A stretch of DNA of 31,817 nucleotides from the NCBI GenBank assembly GCA_036565945.1, contig DATCXG010000577.1, forward strand, positions 1 to 31,817, given 5' to 3'. Source of the DNA: Gemmatimonadaceae bacterium. Lineage in GTDB: Bacteria; Gemmatimonadota; Gemmatimonadetes; Gemmatimonadales; Gemmatimonadaceae. Every line of letters begins with the position of its first letter. The first letter of the stretch is position 1. The translations under genes were made by a program, and so were the position numbers. Under the pieces are notes generated by a model that worked only from the letters and a program-made list of their open reading frames with translations, made no database searches and had not been told where the DNA came from. This document shows positions 29,225 through 31,817 of this stretch, in pieces.

Positions 29225-29670
29225 TGGGCGACACGCGTGGGGGCCGCCGTCTCGCTTTCTCGCTTGTGGAGCTTCTCGCTGTTCTCCTCGTGATCGGCGT
29301 GCTAGTTGGGTTCGCCATTCCGCGATTCCATCGCTACAAGCTGAAGGCTCACACGGCGGCCATGGTGAGTGACCTTCGCGACCTGGCCGCGTCAGAGGAG
29401 GACTACTGGAACATGGTCCGGGGTTACACCTCCGATACCACGGTCCTGGACATCACCAACTCGCCCGGAGTGACGGTTACTCTGGTGAGCGCTGATAGTA
29501 TGGGCTGGTCGGCCCGTGCCACCTACATCAGCGACCCGGCTGTCTGCGCGATCTACTACGGCGCCGCCCCACCCCTGCCACCAGCAACCGTGAAGAACGT
29601 CATCGGCTGCGTAACTACGGGGGGCAGGGTTCAGGGTTCAGGAGGTGAGGGAACTGACGGGGGGCAGTGA
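29224..29670 (+). CDS. Type IV pilin-like protein 1 (148 aa precursor)
   Basis: ATG overlaps the polA stop (TGATG); basic leader RRLA|FSLVELL (A at -1, E at +5); hydrophobic helix to IPRF; SDLR..L; GWSA; two C-terminal-region Cys; Gly-rich tail encoded by the repeat element. Confidence 0.85.
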
Positions 29671-29758
29671 ACGGCTCCTGGCGCGGAGCTCTCAACCCCG
29701 AGGCAGTTCCTGCCCCCTGAACCCTGAACCCTGCCCCCCGTAGTTCCCCCCGTAGTTC
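29613..29758. repeat. G-rich REP/MITE-like element with perfect 30-bp inverted repeats and CAGGGTT heptamers
   Basis: AACTACGGGGGGCAGGGTTCAGGGTTCAGG (29613-29642) and its exact reverse complement (29716-29745); extra CCCCCCGTAGTTC (29746-29758); degenerate GAACTGACGGGGGGCAG (29651-29667). Confidence 0.9.
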
Positions 29759-29866
29759 TTGCAGAGTGCCACACGCCTTGCAAATCAAGCGGGCAGAATG
29801 ACCGAGCGGAGAAGAGCGAAAGCGGTAATGCGTTGTAGGTCAACGACTTCTCTTGGCGCGCCTGGG

Positions 29867-29882
29867 CGGCACTGGCATTGCC
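29867..29882 (+). promoter_or_regulatory. sigma54 (-24/-12) promoter for pilin 2
   Basis: CGGCAC-TGGCA-TTGCC with exact GG-N10-GC spacing, about 65 nt upstream of the pilin ATG; type IV pilin genes are commonly sigma54/PilR-dependent. Confidence 0.7.
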
Positions 29883-29948
29883 TTGCAAGGTGGACTGTGG
29901 CCGGAGCATTGGTGGGGCCGCAATCACCTTCAGACTGGGGATCATCCC

Positions 29949-30335
29949 ATGCGCCGATCGCGACAAGCTGGCTTCACGCTGATCGAGCTATTGATCGTCG
30001 TGGTCATCATCGGCATCCTGGCATCGATCGCGATTCCGAAGTTCTCGAACACGAAGGGAAAGGCATACGCGGCCTCGATGCGATCCGATCTGCGTAACTT
30101 GGCCACCGCTGAGGAGGGATATTATTACTCCTACGACATGTACACGGACGATATCACGAAATTGGACTTCACTCCGTCCTCGGGGGTGGTGATCACCTTC
30201 GGTGTAGCCACTGCTAGTGGCTGGTCGGCCAAGTCATCGCATCCGAGCGCTTCGCCCCTCGTCTGTGCCATGTTCGTGGGCGGAGTCGGGAGTTTTGCGC
30301 CAGCGGTTTCGGAGGGGACGATCGCGTGCGAGTAA
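29949..30335 (+). CDS. Type IV pilin 2, probable major pilin (128 aa precursor)
   Basis: Start trimmed to MRRSRQAG|FTLIELLIVVVIIGILASIAIPKF (canonical G|F, E+5); KAY..SDLRNL; C98/C119 pair; GGGGA RBS. Confidence 0.93.
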   Translation: MRRSRQAGFTLIELLIVVVIIGILASIAIPKFSNTKGKAYAASMRSDLRNLATAEEGYYYSYDMYTDDITKLDFTPSSGVVITFGVATASGWSAKSSHPSASPLVCAMFVGGVGSFAPAVSEGTIACE

Positions 30336-30338
30336 TGG

Positions 30339-30659
30339 GTGAGCGGTACTGCATCGCGTAGAGCACCGGAGTGCGAGGAGGAACGAGGCAGCGCTGTTCG
30401 CTACCTGGAATTCACCCGACGCCGGGAAGGGATGATCCACGCCATGGACGGTGGGCTCTGGCTGCACCGCCACGTCTGGCGCGGTGAACCCATGGCGCAC
30501 CTGGTTTCCACCGATCGCGCGCTCCTTCTGGAGTACGGACGCGAGGTGGGGCTTCCCGAGCAACGCCTGCAGTTCAAGCCGCTGAAGGACCCGCGAACAG
30601 GCGCACGGCGCGCGGCGTGGCACTGGGATCTCGTGCGAGAGTTCCTGCCGCCTCGGTAG
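30339..30659 (+). CDS. Small conserved hypothetical protein, DUF4031-like
   Basis: AHLVSTD...LLEYGREVGL...LQ...HWDL resembles the DUF4031 pattern (HL.SD...L..FA..LGL...Q...HYDL); GTG start uncertain. Confidence 0.6.
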   Translation: MSGTASRRAPECEEERGSAVRYLEFTRRREGMIHAMDGGLWLHRHVWRGEPMAHLVSTDRALLLEYGREVGLPEQRLQFKPLKDPRTGARRAAWHWDLVREFLPPR

Positions 30660-30703
30660 CCCGTGCGTTGACGCACGTGGCAGTGGTGGTAAAGATTGCT
30701 CCG

Positions 30704-31726
30704 ATGCACTCCCTTCACTCCGGCCCCTGCCTTTTCCGGCGGCGCTTGCCCACGTCCGATATCGGCCGCAGTCGACGACGGACTCGAGCTGCGTTGCACG
30801 TCATCGTGCTCAGCGTCCTGCTCGTCTCATGCGAGCGGTCGCGCACGGCGGTACCAGCGGACACCGCTGGTGCATCATTGCGGGGGGCGGCCGGTCCAAT
30901 GACTGGGCCTCCGCCTGCGCCTCCCGCACCGCCGGCGTGGGACGCGGCCGCGGGTCCGGTGATGCTGGTTCGCGGCGACGCCCCCAACAGTGCGTATGTC
31001 GTCTTTCCTCAGTACGGCGACAGCATACTCCCCGATTCCGTGAGCTTCGACCTTACCGCGGTTCGGAACGCCGACGTCGACCTCTATGGGCACGCAGGTG
31101 GCGTGGGTTCGGCACGCGTGGCCTCGGTGGCTGGCCGGCCATGGCGCGCGGGTAGGTGCATGGAATGGCCCGCCGCCAGGCTCGCACTGGCTGGCGATAG
31201 CGTTGCGGCCGGCTGGAGCGTGGCGTTCCTGCCAGGTCGCATCGCGCCAGTCGCCCTCGATTCGATCGAGGGGCTGGCGTCGCTCGATTCCGCGCGGCTC
31301 GCGGCCGACATCACTCGTCTGGTATCCGCGCTGCCGATCGATTCCACTAATGTCTTCCGCGGGATCCCGTTCTCGGTACGCAACGCATACCGGTTCACGT
31401 CCGCCGCTGGCGTCGCGGCGATCGCCGCCGACGTGGTGCGCAATCTCAATCAGGAGGCGATGCCGCTCGAGGAGCACACTTTTCTGATAGCCGAGCAGCG
31501 CGGCGCTGATCGCCGTTACGATGTCGTGTACCACGATCGCTCGGCGGGTACCGAAGAAGCGCTGGTGACGACCGAGGTCCTGGCCGCGGTGAGGCTGCCG
31601 AGTCCTGAGCGGGTAGCGCTCGTGCTGTTGCGCGAGGGCTTCGAGACCAGCGCCTACGCTCTCCTGGAGAGGAGCCCCGACGCCCGGTGGCGCGTGCGCT
31701 GGACCAGCGTGCGAACGGGATGCTGA
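30704..31726 (+). CDS. Hypothetical lipoprotein (about 340 aa)
   Basis: ATG at 30704; Arg-rich n-region, hydrophobic h-region and LVS-C lipobox; Pro/Ala linker; ends in RTGC. No family recognised. Confidence 0.65.
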   Translation: MHSLHSGPCLFRRRLPTSDIGRSRRRTRAALHVIVLSVLLVSCERSRTAVPADTAGASLRGAAGPMTGPPPAPPAPPAWDAAAGPVMLVRGDAPNSAYVVFPQYGDSILPDSVSFDLTAVRNADVDLYGHAGGVGSARVASVAGRPWRAGRCMEWPAARLALAGDSVAAGWSVAFLPGRIAPVALDSIEGLASLDSARLAADITRLVSALPIDSTNVFRGIPFSVRNAYRFTSAAGVAAIAADVVRNLNQEAMPLEEHTFLIAEQRGADRRYDVVYHDRSAGTEEALVTTEVLAAVRLPSPERVALVLLREGFETSAYALLERSPDARWRVRWTSVRTGC

Positions 31727-31817
31727 CTACGGGGTTCAGGGGGCAGGGTTCAGGGTTCAGGAACTACCTCGGGGGCGGGACCTCTTCCCAGAGGCAGGTC
31801 CTGCTCCCTGTCAGTTC
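31727..31817. repeat. Second copy of the G-rich repeat family, probably cut by the window edge
   Basis: Starts directly after the TGA stop: CTACGGGGTTCAGG; GGGGGCAGGGTTCAGGGTTCAGG (31739-31761) is identical to 29620-29642; GAACTAC; GAGGCAGGTCCTGCTCCCTG resembles GAGGCAGTTCCTGCCCCCTG at 29700. Confidence 0.85.

Noticed and set aside
29613-29758. CRISPR array or telomere-like repeat interpretation of the TTCAGGG heptamers
   Set aside because: No regularly spaced repeats with unique spacers and no cas genes; only 2-3 heptamers per copy, so the similarity to TTTAGGG is not meaningful.
30668-30696. TTGACG followed by TAAAGA/AAAGAT as a promoter for the last lipoprotein
   Set aside because: The -10 element is weak at either spacing; plausible but not supportable.

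Overview
GC-rich bacterial chromosomal window spanning the replication origin. Gene content and protein style suggest phylum Gemmatimonadota (inference, not a database result). Centre: the conserved origin cluster rpmH-rnpA-yidD-yidC-(MBL-fold hydrolase)-mnmE on the - strand, divergent from dnaA-dnaN. The dnaA-dnaN intergenic region carries a clear oriC signature (tandem DnaA boxes, GGCC, DnaA-trio repeats). Left arm, all - strand: DUF2225, DUF4177-like, TetR and YdcF genes, then a C1-oxidation module: beta-barrel porin, lanthanide-type PQQ methanol dehydrogenase xoxF (CC, E, N and D-Y-D motifs), xoxJ, and a lipoprotein cut by the window edge (probable membrane-tethered cytochrome c XoxG). Right arm: hypothetical lipoprotein, RNase P RNA (rnpB), pseudo-receiver/AraC regulator, orphan MCP, pyrE, CHASE-like histidine kinase, Ser/Thr kinase, GWxTD lipoprotein plus polyprenol/DAG-kinase-like gene, cold-shock protein, polA, two type IV pilins (the first overlapping the polA stop, the second behind a sigma54 promoter), a DUF4031-like gene and a hypothetical lipoprotein. 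A G-rich heptamer/inverted-repeat element occurs twice. No tRNA, rRNA, CRISPR array, transposase, pqq gene or parS site was recognised. Best leads: the porin-xoxF-xoxJ-lipoprotein module, the repeat element recruited into a pilin C-terminus, the Geobacter-like aromatic pattern of the pilins, and a clamp-motif-bearing insertion in PolA. All domain calls come from motif recognition by eye; no searches were run.
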